A stretch of 59,665 nucleotides of DNA, counting the filler. It is 8 parts of 8 records of this genome, joined end to end, with 100 filler letters (N's around TTAATTAATTAA, not from the genome) between each part and the next. Parts side by side here need not be neighbours in the genome. Positions count along the whole stretch, not along the records: positions 23,088 to 36,007 come from SRR31147125_35519; positions 36,108 to 43,847 come from SRR31147125_35595; 6 more parts are not named here. One strand, 5' to 3'. Each line of letters begins with the position of its first letter. Position 1 is the first letter of the stretch. The notes under the pieces were generated by a model. That model saw nothing but the letters and a program-made list of their open reading frames with translations, made no database searches and was not told the origin of the DNA. Shown here in pieces: positions 30,402-43,947 of this stretch. The position numbers were made by a program, and so were the translations under genes.

Positions 30402-31108
30402 TGGACAGGCTCAAGCAGGGCGACATCTGATAGATCCTGACAGGGGCCGACCAACTGAACGGTTGTCATCGGCCAACCGGGAGGGCCGCTCGGACCTTCA
30501 TAACGGATAAACAGGCCATCACTTTTACGCAACCAGTAACGACAGCTCCAGAAGACCGATTTGAAACCTGTCAACTGGATCTTCATTCGAACCGTATTGC
30601 ACGAGTGTCCGCCCACGTGCAGAACCTCGTCTTCTTCCCGGATTACCTGAAGACGATGAACATCGAGAGTGTCAGGCCGGATACTCCAGAATTCCTGTCT
30701 TGCCTTCCCCGAACGATTAAACTGCCTGAGGGATAGCGACAGGGCCTGAAACCAGGACGCCTCATCAATGGCAACGCTGCGACGGATCTCTTCTCCCTTG
30801 AACAGGCCGCTGAACTGCAAGCGATCAGCAACACGCGTCACGGTCAGATTGCTTTTCTGCACCTCATCCCGAACGCTCCACGAAACAGTTTCGTAACCGA
30901 AGTTCATCCGCGTCACATCCCGTTCCGATTCCAGCTTTGTGACCAACTCAAACCGATCGGTCTGATTTAATTGCCAGTCAAAATCGAGAGCTTTATCGCC
31001 GATCTGCTTAATGTACTGATGATGCTCCAAAGGAACAGGCGCCATTTCGGCAGCCTGGATCGGTTGAATGAAAGACAATAGAAAAATGCTCGCTAAAAGT
31101 GCACCCAC
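30395..31108 (-). CDS. Exported hypothetical protein
   Basis: Signal peptide (LLASIFLLSFIQPIQA|A), GGAG RBS; beta-rich, ending YWLRKSDGLFIRYEGPSGPPG. Confidence 0.65.
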   Translation of the reverse strand: MGALLASIFLLSFIQPIQAAEMAPVPLEHHQYIKQIGDKALDFDWQLNQTDRFELVTKLESERDVTRMNFGYETVSWSVRDEVQKSNLTVTRVADRLQFSGLFKGEEIRRSVAIDEASWFQALSLSLRQFNRSGKARQEFWSIRPDTLDVHRLQVIREEDEVLHVGGHSCNTVRMKIQLTGFKSVFWSCRYWLRKSDGLFIRYEGPSGPPGWPMTTVQLVGPCQDLSDVALLEPVHQ

Positions 31109-31230
31109 GATGGCAACTCCACAGGAAATATAAAATTTACGCAGTCTGGCAATCTTTTGTCAGATTTCTATGAGCGACGGACAAATTACCTTTCATGCGA
31201 AAAACAGACTTGAAAATTTCACCATAAATA

Positions 31231-31251
31231 TATATACAATGTATAGACATT
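31231..31251. promoter_or_regulatory. Operator-like palindrome upstream of the CHAD-ParA operon
   Basis: TATATACAATGTATAGACATT with core TATACA-A-TGTATA, downstream of TTGAAA (31210-31215) and overlapping the likely -10. Confidence 0.55.
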
Positions 31252-31275
31252 TTACCTCAGGGATCACAGCCTAAA

Positions 31276-32808
31276 ATGAAAGATATCAACCGCTACAAAC
31301 TCACCGAACCGAGCCCCAGCAACCTGTTCAAGTCTCTGGAGAAAGGTCGCCTGTTCTACCACCAGGAAAACAGCAGCAGGAAAACGTGCCTGCTCCTTGA
31401 TGACTATGACTGGGATATCTGGCAAGCAGGGCTGGCCCTTGTGCAGCAAAATGGAGACCTGTTCCTGATCAATGGCTGCAGCATTCCCTATGCAGGAAAA
31501 AAACCGATCGATGAATCTATTCGCTTCTGGTGGGAGCTGGATCAGGGACCGTTCTCCGACCAGTTGAAAGACCTGATTGATGTTCGAGCACTGACGGTAA
31601 AGTATCCCTTTGAGCTGACGGTCGAAGAAGGGGTTCTCCGCAACCCGGACCAGAAAATCGTCGTCAGATCGACGCTGACCAGCATCACCAACCCTTCAGG
31701 GGAGCGCTCCTGCTTCATCGAGTTTCACCCGTTGCGCGGCTACGAAAAAGAACGGTCGCTGACCCTGAAATACAGTGCAGCGCATACTGAAAAGCAGGCA
31801 CTTCCCGATCGTTCCCTTGCAACCCTGCTTACTGAATCGGGCCTCCAGATTAACCTTCCAGAGACCAAACCTTCCTTTGAACTGGATACGAAAGAGGCGG
31901 CCGAAACAGCAGTCACACGTATGGCGGCCAGAATGATTCAATTGGCCAGGCATCAGGAAGAAGGGGTGATTGCCGATATTGATACGGAATTTGTCCACCA
32001 GTACCGGGTCAATATCCGCAAAACCCGATCACTGATCAGCCTGTTCAAGAAAACTCTCAGCACAGAACGCTACCAGTTTCTTAAAAGCGAACTGAAGCAG
32101 CTTGGCAGCAGAACCAATGAACTGCGCGATCTCGATGTGTTTCTTCTCGACCACGACTATTACCGCAACATGCTCCCGGAGAATCTTCACCAGGGTTTTG
32201 AAGAGCTCTTTAAGCATGTCAAAAGAAAACGCAAAACGGCCTATAAACGAGTCGTGCAACAACTGACAGGGGACGATTACCTCCAGCAGATCAGCGGCGT
32301 CGTGCGAACCCTTCAGCAGCCAGCAGAGTTTACAACCGCGCGGTCAAACAAAGAGATCAAAACATTGGCCAGCAGAAAAATCATAGCCCAATACCAAACG
32401 ATTCAGTCAGACGGGGCCGCCATCGGTGACAAGACTCCCGATGAAGCGGTCCATGACTTGCGCATCGAATGTAAAAAACTACGCTACCTGCTTGAGCTGT
32501 TTATTGAATTGTACCCAAAGGGACCGGTCAAGGCCCTGATCAAACAGTTGAAAGGGCTTCAAGACAATCTTGGCCGGTTTAACGATTTCTCCGTGCAGCA
32601 GGAGTTTCTCATCCAATTTGAACAAATAAGATCCTTTTCCCAAGGGGCTCAATCAAGCCTCAGTGGTCTGGCCGCCGTCCTTTACAACAAACAACGCCAC
32701 GAACGTAGCCTGGTCGTCGCCAACATCGAACGATTTATCAACCCATCCGTGATCGATCATTTTACTGAGCTGTTCGAGCCAACCTCGCCGGAGGAAAACC
32801 ATTCATGA
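31276..32808 (+). CDS. CHAD domain protein (polyphosphate-binding) with extended N-terminus
   Basis: EFVHQYRVNIRKTRS, RDLDVF, VHDLRIECKKLRYLLE, LQDNLGRFND; about 200-aa N-terminal region, possibly a degenerate CYTH-like domain. Confidence 0.88.
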   Translation: MKDINRYKLTEPSPSNLFKSLEKGRLFYHQENSSRKTCLLLDDYDWDIWQAGLALVQQNGDLFLINGCSIPYAGKKPIDESIRFWWELDQGPFSDQLKDLIDVRALTVKYPFELTVEEGVLRNPDQKIVVRSTLTSITNPSGERSCFIEFHPLRGYEKERSLTLKYSAAHTEKQALPDRSLATLLTESGLQINLPETKPSFELDTKEAAETAVTRMAARMIQLARHQEEGVIADIDTEFVHQYRVNIRKTRSLISLFKKTLSTERYQFLKSELKQLGSRTNELRDLDVFLLDHDYYRNMLPENLHQGFEELFKHVKRKRKTAYKRVVQQLTGDDYLQQISGVVRTLQQPAEFTTARSNKEIKTLASRKIIAQYQTIQSDGAAIGDKTPDEAVHDLRIECKKLRYLLELFIELYPKGPVKALIKQLKGLQDNLGRFNDFSVQQEFLIQFEQIRSFSQGAQSSLSGLAAVLYNKQRHERSLVVANIERFINPSVIDHFTELFEPTSPEENHS

Positions 32809-33557
32809 AAGTCATTGCCTGCTACTCGATGAAGGGTGGCGTTGGAAAAACAGCCTCGGCTGTGAATATTGCCTACTGGGCAGCAAAAGCCGGGCACAGA
32901 ACCCTGCTGATCGACCTCGACCCTCAGGGAGCCTCGTCCTTTTACTTCCGTGTTCGCTCACAGCGTAAGAAGGATTGGGGGGAACGCTTTTTCAAAGCCT
33001 ACAGCCAAATCCTGAAACAGATAAAAGCCAGTGACTTTAACCGGCTTGACATTATTCCCGCGCACCTCTCCTTTCGCAACTTCGACGTCCTTCTGACGCA
33101 GATCAGCAAAAGAAAAAAGCGTCTCGGCCAAATGCTCAAGGGGCTGAAAAAAGAATACGACCTGATTATTCTCGACTGTCCGCCAACCGTCAGTCGACTG
33201 GCCGAGAATATTTTCACCGCCTCTGACATGATTCTTGTGCCGGTCATCCCGACGACCCTGTCGGAAAGAACGTTCGAGCAATTGACGCAGTTTTTCAAAG
33301 AAGAGGACTACAACCGACGAAAATTGTTTCCTTTTTTCACCATGGTAGATGCTCGCAAGCAACTTCACAAAGAGACAGCGATTGCCATGCGCAAACAGTA
33401 CAAGCGGTTCCTGCGCAATGCAATTCCCTTTTCAACCGATGTCGAAAAGATGGGAAAACACCGAGCACCGATCGATGTTTTTGCCCGGACGAAACAGGCC
33501 AATAAGGCTTACCGGGCCCTCTGGACGGAGATCGAAACAACCGTCAGGAAGCTCTGA
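32805..33557 (+). CDS. ParA/MinD-family ATPase (orphan)
   Basis: Deviant Walker A KGGVGKT, LLIDLDPQG, Walker B IILDCPP; ATGA overlap with the CHAD gene. Confidence 0.92.
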   Translation: MKVIACYSMKGGVGKTASAVNIAYWAAKAGHRTLLIDLDPQGASSFYFRVRSQRKKDWGERFFKAYSQILKQIKASDFNRLDIIPAHLSFRNFDVLLTQISKRKKRLGQMLKGLKKEYDLIILDCPPTVSRLAENIFTASDMILVPVIPTTLSERTFEQLTQFFKEEDYNRRKLFPFFTMVDARKQLHKETAIAMRKQYKRFLRNAIPFSTDVEKMGKHRAPIDVFARTKQANKAYRALWTEIETTVRKL

Positions 33558-34028
33558 ATGTCTGCCATTGAGATTGAACGAAAATTTCTCCTTGAGAGGC
33601 CACCGAGCGAATGGATCGCCGCAGCATCCAGGGAAACAATTCGCCAGGGCTACCTGCTTGTCGACAAAACCCAGGAGCTGAGAATCCGGCAGAAAGGAGA
33701 TCAGTACTGGATGACATTGAAGCAGGGAGAGGGTCTGCAACGCAACGAGCAGGAATGTCTCATTCCTGAAGAACAGTTCACTATGCTGTGGCCACTGACG
33801 CGTGGCAGGCAGATCGAAAAAACGCGTTACACCATCGAACAGAGCGGATACCTCTATGAAATTGATGTTTTTTCAGGTGCGTTGAAACCTCTGGTCCTTC
33901 TTGAGGTTGAATTTGACAGTATCGAATCAAGTCGAACATTTCCGGTTCCTGACATCGTCACCAGGGACGTCACAGAAGACAAACGCTACAAAAATGCCGC
34001 ATTGGCACTTAATGGTCTGCCTGGATGA
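33558..34028 (+). CDS. CYTH domain protein (triphosphate tunnel metalloenzyme)
   Basis: EIERKFL, RQGYL, ELRIRQKG, EKTRY, EIDVF, EVEF, YKN..LA. Confidence 0.9.
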   Translation: MSAIEIERKFLLERPPSEWIAAASRETIRQGYLLVDKTQELRIRQKGDQYWMTLKQGEGLQRNEQECLIPEEQFTMLWPLTRGRQIEKTRYTIEQSGYLYEIDVFSGALKPLVLLEVEFDSIESSRTFPVPDIVTRDVTEDKRYKNAALALNGLPG

Positions 34029-34043
34029 TGTAACAGCAGACGG

Positions 34044-34241
34044 ATGATCAGAAAGGAACGTCATGGACGAAGCAAAAAAAAGCAGGAAGAAAAAGAAAAA
34101 GACAGCCAACTGGTTATCCGTATCAACTCGGAAGAACGCGACCGCTTCGTGTCTCTTTGTGACGATCTGGACACCAGTGCGGCGCGCGAAATTCGCCGAT
34201 TTATAAAAGATTTTATCGCCAAGAACGCAGAAGAATCATAG
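34044..34241 (+). CDS. Small ribbon-helix-helix-like protein
   Basis: KDSQLVIRINSEERDRFVSLCDDLDTSAAREIRRFIKDFI has a beta-alpha-alpha pattern. The true start is probably ATG 34063 (after AAGGA), with one A missing in the A8 run. Confidence 0.65.
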   Translation: MIRKERHGRSKKKQEEKEKDSQLVIRINSEERDRFVSLCDDLDTSAAREIRRFIKDFIAKNAEES

Positions 34242-34252
34242 AGGAGATCATC

Positions 34253-34624
34253 ATGCCAACCAGCATTCAGAATGTCCGTGGAATCGGGCCGTCAACAGCA
34301 GAGCTTCTCGCAGAGCACAATATCGTCACTGCAGAGGATCTCGCCGTCTGTGAAGTGAGCAAGATCGCTGCGATCAAAGGCTTCAGCGACATCAGGGCCA
34401 AGCAGGTCATCGACGATGCAAAAGCTCTGCCCAAAGACTCTCAGCCGAAAGTCACCAAAAAGAAGAAATCGGCTGAAAAGAAGATCGAGAAAAGAGTAAC
34501 AAAGGCGAAAGAAAAGAAAAAAGATAAGGGCAAAAAGGATAAAAAAAGCGACAAGACCGACAAAAAGAAAGACAAGAAATCCAAGGAAAAACCAAAGAAA
34601 AACAAAAAATCGAAAAAGAAATGA
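34253..34624 (+). CDS. Helix-hairpin-helix protein with Lys-rich C-terminal tail
   Basis: VRGIGPSTAELL and IKGFSDIRA HhH motifs; last 63 aa contain 34 Lys; GAGGAG RBS. Confidence 0.82.
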   Translation: MPTSIQNVRGIGPSTAELLAEHNIVTAEDLAVCEVSKIAAIKGFSDIRAKQVIDDAKALPKDSQPKVTKKKKSAEKKIEKRVTKAKEKKKDKGKKDKKSDKTDKKKDKKSKEKPKKNKKSKKK

Positions 34625-34633
34625 TGCAGAGAT

Positions 34634-35452
34634 TCATCCGGGCTTCACCACCTGCAGTGCCGGTGATGACAGCTTCGGGCTGTATTGTCGTTTAAGCCAC
34701 GAGCTCAAGCCATCCAGGCCCGGAAACAGAACTCTCTCCGTCATATTCGCCTGATCAAGCTTGTCGCGGATTTCCCATTTCAGTGGCGCAGGAATAATGA
34801 TCCTGCGCCACAACTGTAGGTGCTGACCTAACCAGTCATCAAAAATACGTGTTGCATCGGGCATGGCCGAAAAAAAGGCGTACTGGTTGGTGATGCGATC
34901 ATCAATCGAGGGTGGCTCAAAAAAGAGAGCGAAGTCATTCTCTTTCAGACTGTTGAATTCGTCCAGACTCGTCACCGCATCAGACAGCATCTCTCCGGTA
35001 AAGACGTTCGCCCCCTCCTCTTCCAGCTTCGCAAACAATTTATCAGGCAACATCTGATGTGTTTTTAAGTAGTTGACGGCCCAGATTGCACCATCAACGT
35101 CCATCCGATCGATATTCGCCGTCGCAAAATGCAGGGCGACATAAGGCGAGTAAGTCCAGTCAAGCAGGCGCGTCGGCAAACCGTAATGTTGCGCAACCGA
35201 TAACCAGTGCCAGAAGGAGTCCTGCTCGACAACGTTTCGCCGGGCGTATTTCTTGAAATTTCTCAGCAGGTGCTTTTCCAGAGTGGCGTACGGGCCACCG
35301 AGACGGATCAGCGTCGTTTCAAGTCGGTATGCCTTGTCACTCAGCCCACGGAAAGCATAGCGGGACCGGAAGCGGCCCAAATCTGCATTCCAGGCATCTT
35401 CAAACAGTTCCTCCTGAAGATGCGCCCAGCTTGTCACCGTGATTTCATTCAT
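34634..35452 (-). CDS. FRG domain protein
   Basis: AFRG, AQHYGLPTRLLDWT.SP.VALHFA, RITNQ, LFPGLDG; ATG 35452 after GAGGGG. Confidence 0.88.
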   Translation of the reverse strand: MNEITVTSWAHLQEELFEDAWNADLGRFRSRYAFRGLSDKAYRLETTLIRLGGPYATLEKHLLRNFKKYARRNVVEQDSFWHWLSVAQHYGLPTRLLDWTYSPYVALHFATANIDRMDVDGAIWAVNYLKTHQMLPDKLFAKLEEEGANVFTGEMLSDAVTSLDEFNSLKENDFALFFEPPSIDDRITNQYAFFSAMPDATRIFDDWLGQHLQLWRRIIIPAPLKWEIRDKLDQANMTERVLFPGLDGLSSWLKRQYSPKLSSPALQVVKPG

Positions 35453-35462
35453 GGCCATCCCT

Positions 35463-36007
35463 CTACAGCAAAGAGCTCGCGGCATCCGCCAAAGGCGAGC
35501 GCTCGCCCCGGGTCAGAACCATATGTCCAGCCAGAGGGTGGTTACGGAAACGTTCCACCACAAAGGTCAAACCGTTACTCGACGCATCAACATAAGGATT
35601 ATCGATCTGTTCGGGGTCACCGGTCAGAACAATTTTACTCCCCTCTCCGGCACGGGTGATGATGGTCTTTACCTCATGGGGTGTCAGATTCTGTGCTTCA
35701 TCGATAATCATATACTGACGTGGAATCGACCGACCGCGAATATAGGTCAACGGTTCAACGGAAATCAGCCCCATATCATGTAATTCTTTACGGCGATTCT
35801 GTGCCTGTTTGCCTGTCCCATCGTTCAGAATCAGGTCAAGATTATCATTGATCGGCTGCATCCACGGAGCCAGCTTTTCTTCGACATCTCCCGGCAGAAA
35901 CCCAAGATCTCGCCCCATGGGGAACACCGGGCGTGACACGAGAAGCTTGCTGTAGTCATCGGTCTCGGTAACGCAGTTCAGCCCGGCGGCAAGGGCCAGC
36001 AGGGTTT
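35463..36007 (-). CDS. PhoH-family ATPase (PhoH2/YlaK-like), 5'-partial
   Basis: KTLLALAAGL, SRPVFPMGRDLGFLPG, YIRGRSI, IIDEAQN, GDPEQID, ERSPLA. Confidence 0.9.
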
Positions 36008-36107
36008 NNNNNNNNNNNNNNNNNNNNNNNNNNNNNNNNNNNNNNNNNNNNTTAATTAATTAANNNNNNNNNNNNNNNNNNNNNNNNNNNNNNNNNNNNN
36101 NNNNNNN
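36008..36107. other. Artificial contig linker
   Basis: N44-TTAATTAATTAA-N44. Confidence 0.98.
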
Positions 36108-39100
36108 TTTGGTTTCAAGCTGACAAACGGTAAACTGGCAGAAAAATATACCGGCCCGTTAGGAACATACATATCCCTACAAAAAAATAAATTATTGTAT
36201 GGGATGAATGACAAAGGCAGAATCACATCCGATGATTTTCTCTGAAGCCCTGATGGGACATCAGATTATTGAAAAAAATGATATTTACTATGTCGCGTCT
36301 GAATACAGATTAACAGCCATAAATAAACCCGCCTATGATGATATTATCAGTCAGATAAAACAATTTCAGGAAAAAGAAAAAAAGGCGGCCAATGTATTAA
36401 AAGAATTACGAAAACAAAAAAAATCACAAAAAGGACAGGCTTCAGCCAGTCTCGATTTGCAAATAGACAGGACACTGGACGACATATTAAAATTCCACAA
36501 TCAGCTAGAGTTATTAAAGAAAAAACGATTCCTCTGGCAAAAATCGATTAATATTCCTTATTCTATGATATTGGCAAAGAACCTCCTTATTGTCGGAGAA
36601 GATAATCGTGTCAATGCCTTTCGTATTTCAGACGGACAGCTCGTATGGAATTCTCCGGTCAAAGGCCGGGCTTATGGATTGGCTGTGGCCGATGGGAAAC
36701 TCTATGTTTCAACAGACAGTGGACAAATTCATTGTTTCACCAGTAAAAAGGTAAACCAATGTCGCATCATAGAACCAACCACGGTTGTTAATCCATATGA
36801 AAAAGATAAATATACCTCACTCTATGCCTCTTCCGCAGAACAGATTCTTTCTGATTCACAATTACAACAGGGATTTTGCCTGGTACTGGATTGTGGTGAA
36901 GGAGACCTGGCTTATGAACTGGCGAAACGCTCAGCATTACATATAATTGGTATTGAACAAGATCCGAATAAAGTATCCAAAGCCCGTGAATATTTAGACA
37001 AAGCCGGCCTTTTAGGAAACCGCATATCCATTTTTCAGGGATCACTCGAGGATTTACATTTTCCGGATTACTTTGCCAATTTGATAGTCTCGGATCAACT
37101 TGTTACCTCACAAAATATCAGCGCACCGATTGACGAACTCTATCGACTGCTACGTCCGTCAGGTGGTATGATATATTTAGGACAACCCAAAGGAAAACTC
37201 ACAAAAACAGATCTGGAAAAATATGTCTGGAACTCAGAATTAGAGTGGGATATCAGCAGCAATAATGGGATTTGGGCTAAAGCGAAACGTGACAAATTAC
37301 CTGGCAGCGGCGAATGGACGCATCTATACGCGAATCCCGGCAACACCGCCGCTAGCGGAGATAAATTAGTCAATGACAATCTTTCCATTCAGTGGTTTGG
37401 CGCACCAGGTCCACGCGAGATGACGGATCGCCATCATCGAAATGTGTCGCCCCTGTTTAAAAACGGTATTCTTGTTATTCCGGGCAATAACCGTGTTATG
37501 GCTGTTGACGGCTATAACGGGACACCTTTGTGGAGTAAAATCATACCCAATTTCAGACGACTAAATATCTCCAGAGACGCGGGCAACATGGTATTAACCG
37601 ATGAATATCTGTGCGTTGCCACAGAGACACGATGTCTCCTGTTAGATCCGTTAACAGGAACCCAGACAAAAGAATTTGTATGTCCACAAGTCCTTCGCAA
37701 AACAACCCGATACTGGGGTTACACTGCCACAAAAGATAAACAGCTTTTCGGCAGCGGACGCAAACCAGATGCCATTTATGATCAGCACAGCTATCAGGGA
37801 GATGATGAGGTCTGGACTGATTTTGGCGACCTGGTAACCAGTGATTATATTTTTAGTGTGAATCGGCATAATGGAGATCTGCAATGGTCCTATACGAACG
37901 GGGTCATTATTAATTCGACTATTACGATCGGAAAGAATCGTATGTTTTTCATTGAAAGCCATGAACCTGAAGCACTCACAGACCCGGACGGCATGGTAAC
38001 ACTCGATAAATTGATTGCCTCCAAAGCGTATCTGGTTGCTTTGGATATTCATTCCGGTAAGGTCATCTGGAAAAAGCCATTTCAGCCTGGCACTACACTG
38101 CAAAGTAGTGTTTTTATCAACTATAAAGATGAGATTCTTGTTGTAACTGTTTCAAATAATAAAGATAACAAGCTTTGGTATAGTCTTTACGCTTATGAAG
38201 CGCAAAAAGGTGATGAATTGTGGCAGCAAACGCAAAAGAACAAAAATTCGACCGGAGGTACTCACGGTGAACAAACCCTCCACCCTGTTATCATGAACAA
38301 TGAAATTATTGCAGAACCTTATCGCTATGATTTGCTTACCGGAGCACTGACAACTGATTGGAAACTGACCCGACTTGGAAACGGATGCGGAACCATATCC
38401 GGTTCTGTGGATCAACTCTTTTTTAGAGCCAAAAATCCGGCATTTTGTGATATTACCGAAACAGATCTCAGCACAAGGATAAACAGTGTCAGCCGTCCCG
38501 GATGCTGGATCAATATGATTCCGGCAGGTGGTCTTGTTTTAATCCCTGAGTCCAGTTCCGGTTGTACATGTGATTTTCCTTTGCAAATGTCTGTGGCATA
38601 TTTAGCAAATAACAATGATCTGGAAATTAAAGACCCTGCTTGTGAAACAATTTTCAAAAATTCCGTTTCTGTAGATCTGCAGACAAAAAGTAAATCAGGA
38701 CAAATTTACTATACGCAAGACGGTAGTGAACCCACCCTTAACTCATTAAAGTATAGCAAGCCAATTTTCATTACCAAATCAACCACCATCAAAGCAAAAG
38801 CGTTCCTGCAAGACAAAAGCGGTTCAACAAAAACAATAACATTAAACAAAATGGAATACCTCGAGCCGAAAGATCCCCAAAATACAGTGCCGGGATTAGC
38901 CTACGATTATTATGAAGGCTATTGGAGCTATTCCCTGGATTTTGCCGGTGCAAAACCGAAACATTCAGGTATTGTATCCAACTTTGACCTGAATCTGATT
39001 AATACCCGGAAAGAATATCTTGGCATAAAATTCACCGGATATATAGAAATAGCGGCGGATGGACTTTACACTTTTTATTCAAACTCGAATGATGGCAGTA

Positions 39101-39312
39101 CTCTTTTTATAAACGATCAGCTGGTTATCAATAATGATCACATCCTTGGCTGGCAGGAAGAATCCGGGCAAATTGGGCTCAAAGCAGGTAAACACAGTAT
39201 CACTGTACTCCTTTTTCAGGGAGCGGGTGGAAAAGATTTACAGATAAGCTATGAAGGCCCGAATATAAAAAGACAGGCCTTGTCTGATACAATGTTATTT
39301 CATGAAAAATAA
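36108..39312 (+). CDS. PQQ-like beta-propeller / methyltransferase-like / FN3-associated (chitobiase C-terminal) / PA14 fusion protein, 5'-partial
   Basis: Propeller repeats (G..LW), CLVLDCGEG..ANLIVSD..RLLRPSGG, WTHLYANPGNT, RPGCWINMIPAGG..GCTC, YYTQDGSEPT, PA14 (SNDGSTLFIND). An upstream frame open from 36108 probably joins near 36236. Confidence 0.78.
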
Positions 39313-43439
<4,127 letters not shown>

Positions 43440-43670
43440 CGGGTGCGAGATTCTCGCTGTGATTTAATGGGAAACATTTTGAGGTTAAAAAAACAGATGG
43501 TTACGTTTCAACAGATACCTGACAAGCTCGTCTTGTATAACCGAAATTTAATAACAGGGCAATGCATCATTAAACAGAAATAGACAATTCAATACTAGTT
43601 ATAATTTCGTAATCACAGTTTCCAAATGAATTACCTCTATTAAAATTATCTCCATTTAATCGATTTTAAA

Positions 43671-43701
43671 AAAGGAAAGCTGCCTTTACAGCTTTCCTTT
43701 T
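43671..43701. terminator. Intrinsic terminator-like hairpin
   Basis: AAAGGAAAGCTG-CCTTTA-CAGCTTTCCTTT. Confidence 0.65.
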
Positions 43702-43847
43702 CCATTCAAGATTTACGGTAATAAAATATTGAACGAAACCACAAGGTGGTAGTTTAATTTTAACACTTTTTTATTATTTGGAAAATAATTCTTTATAAGA
43801 CCGATTTATTTCACCAACACAAGCTTGTTCATTTTTACATATTCCCC

Positions 43848-43947
43848 NNNNNNNNNNNNNNNNNNNNNNNNNNNNNNNNNNNNNNNNNNNNTTAATTAAT
43901 TAANNNNNNNNNNNNNNNNNNNNNNNNNNNNNNNNNNNNNNNNNNNN
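43848..43947. other. Artificial contig linker
   Basis: N44-TTAATTAATTAA-N44. Confidence 0.98.

Noticed and set aside
32805-34241. Plasmid type Ib partition cassette (ParA + RHH ParG) marking a plasmid
   Set aside because: No replication or transfer genes and no iterated centromere repeats; flanked by katG, ppk1 and phoH; ParA is coupled to CHAD and CYTH instead. Not fully excluded as the evolutionary origin.
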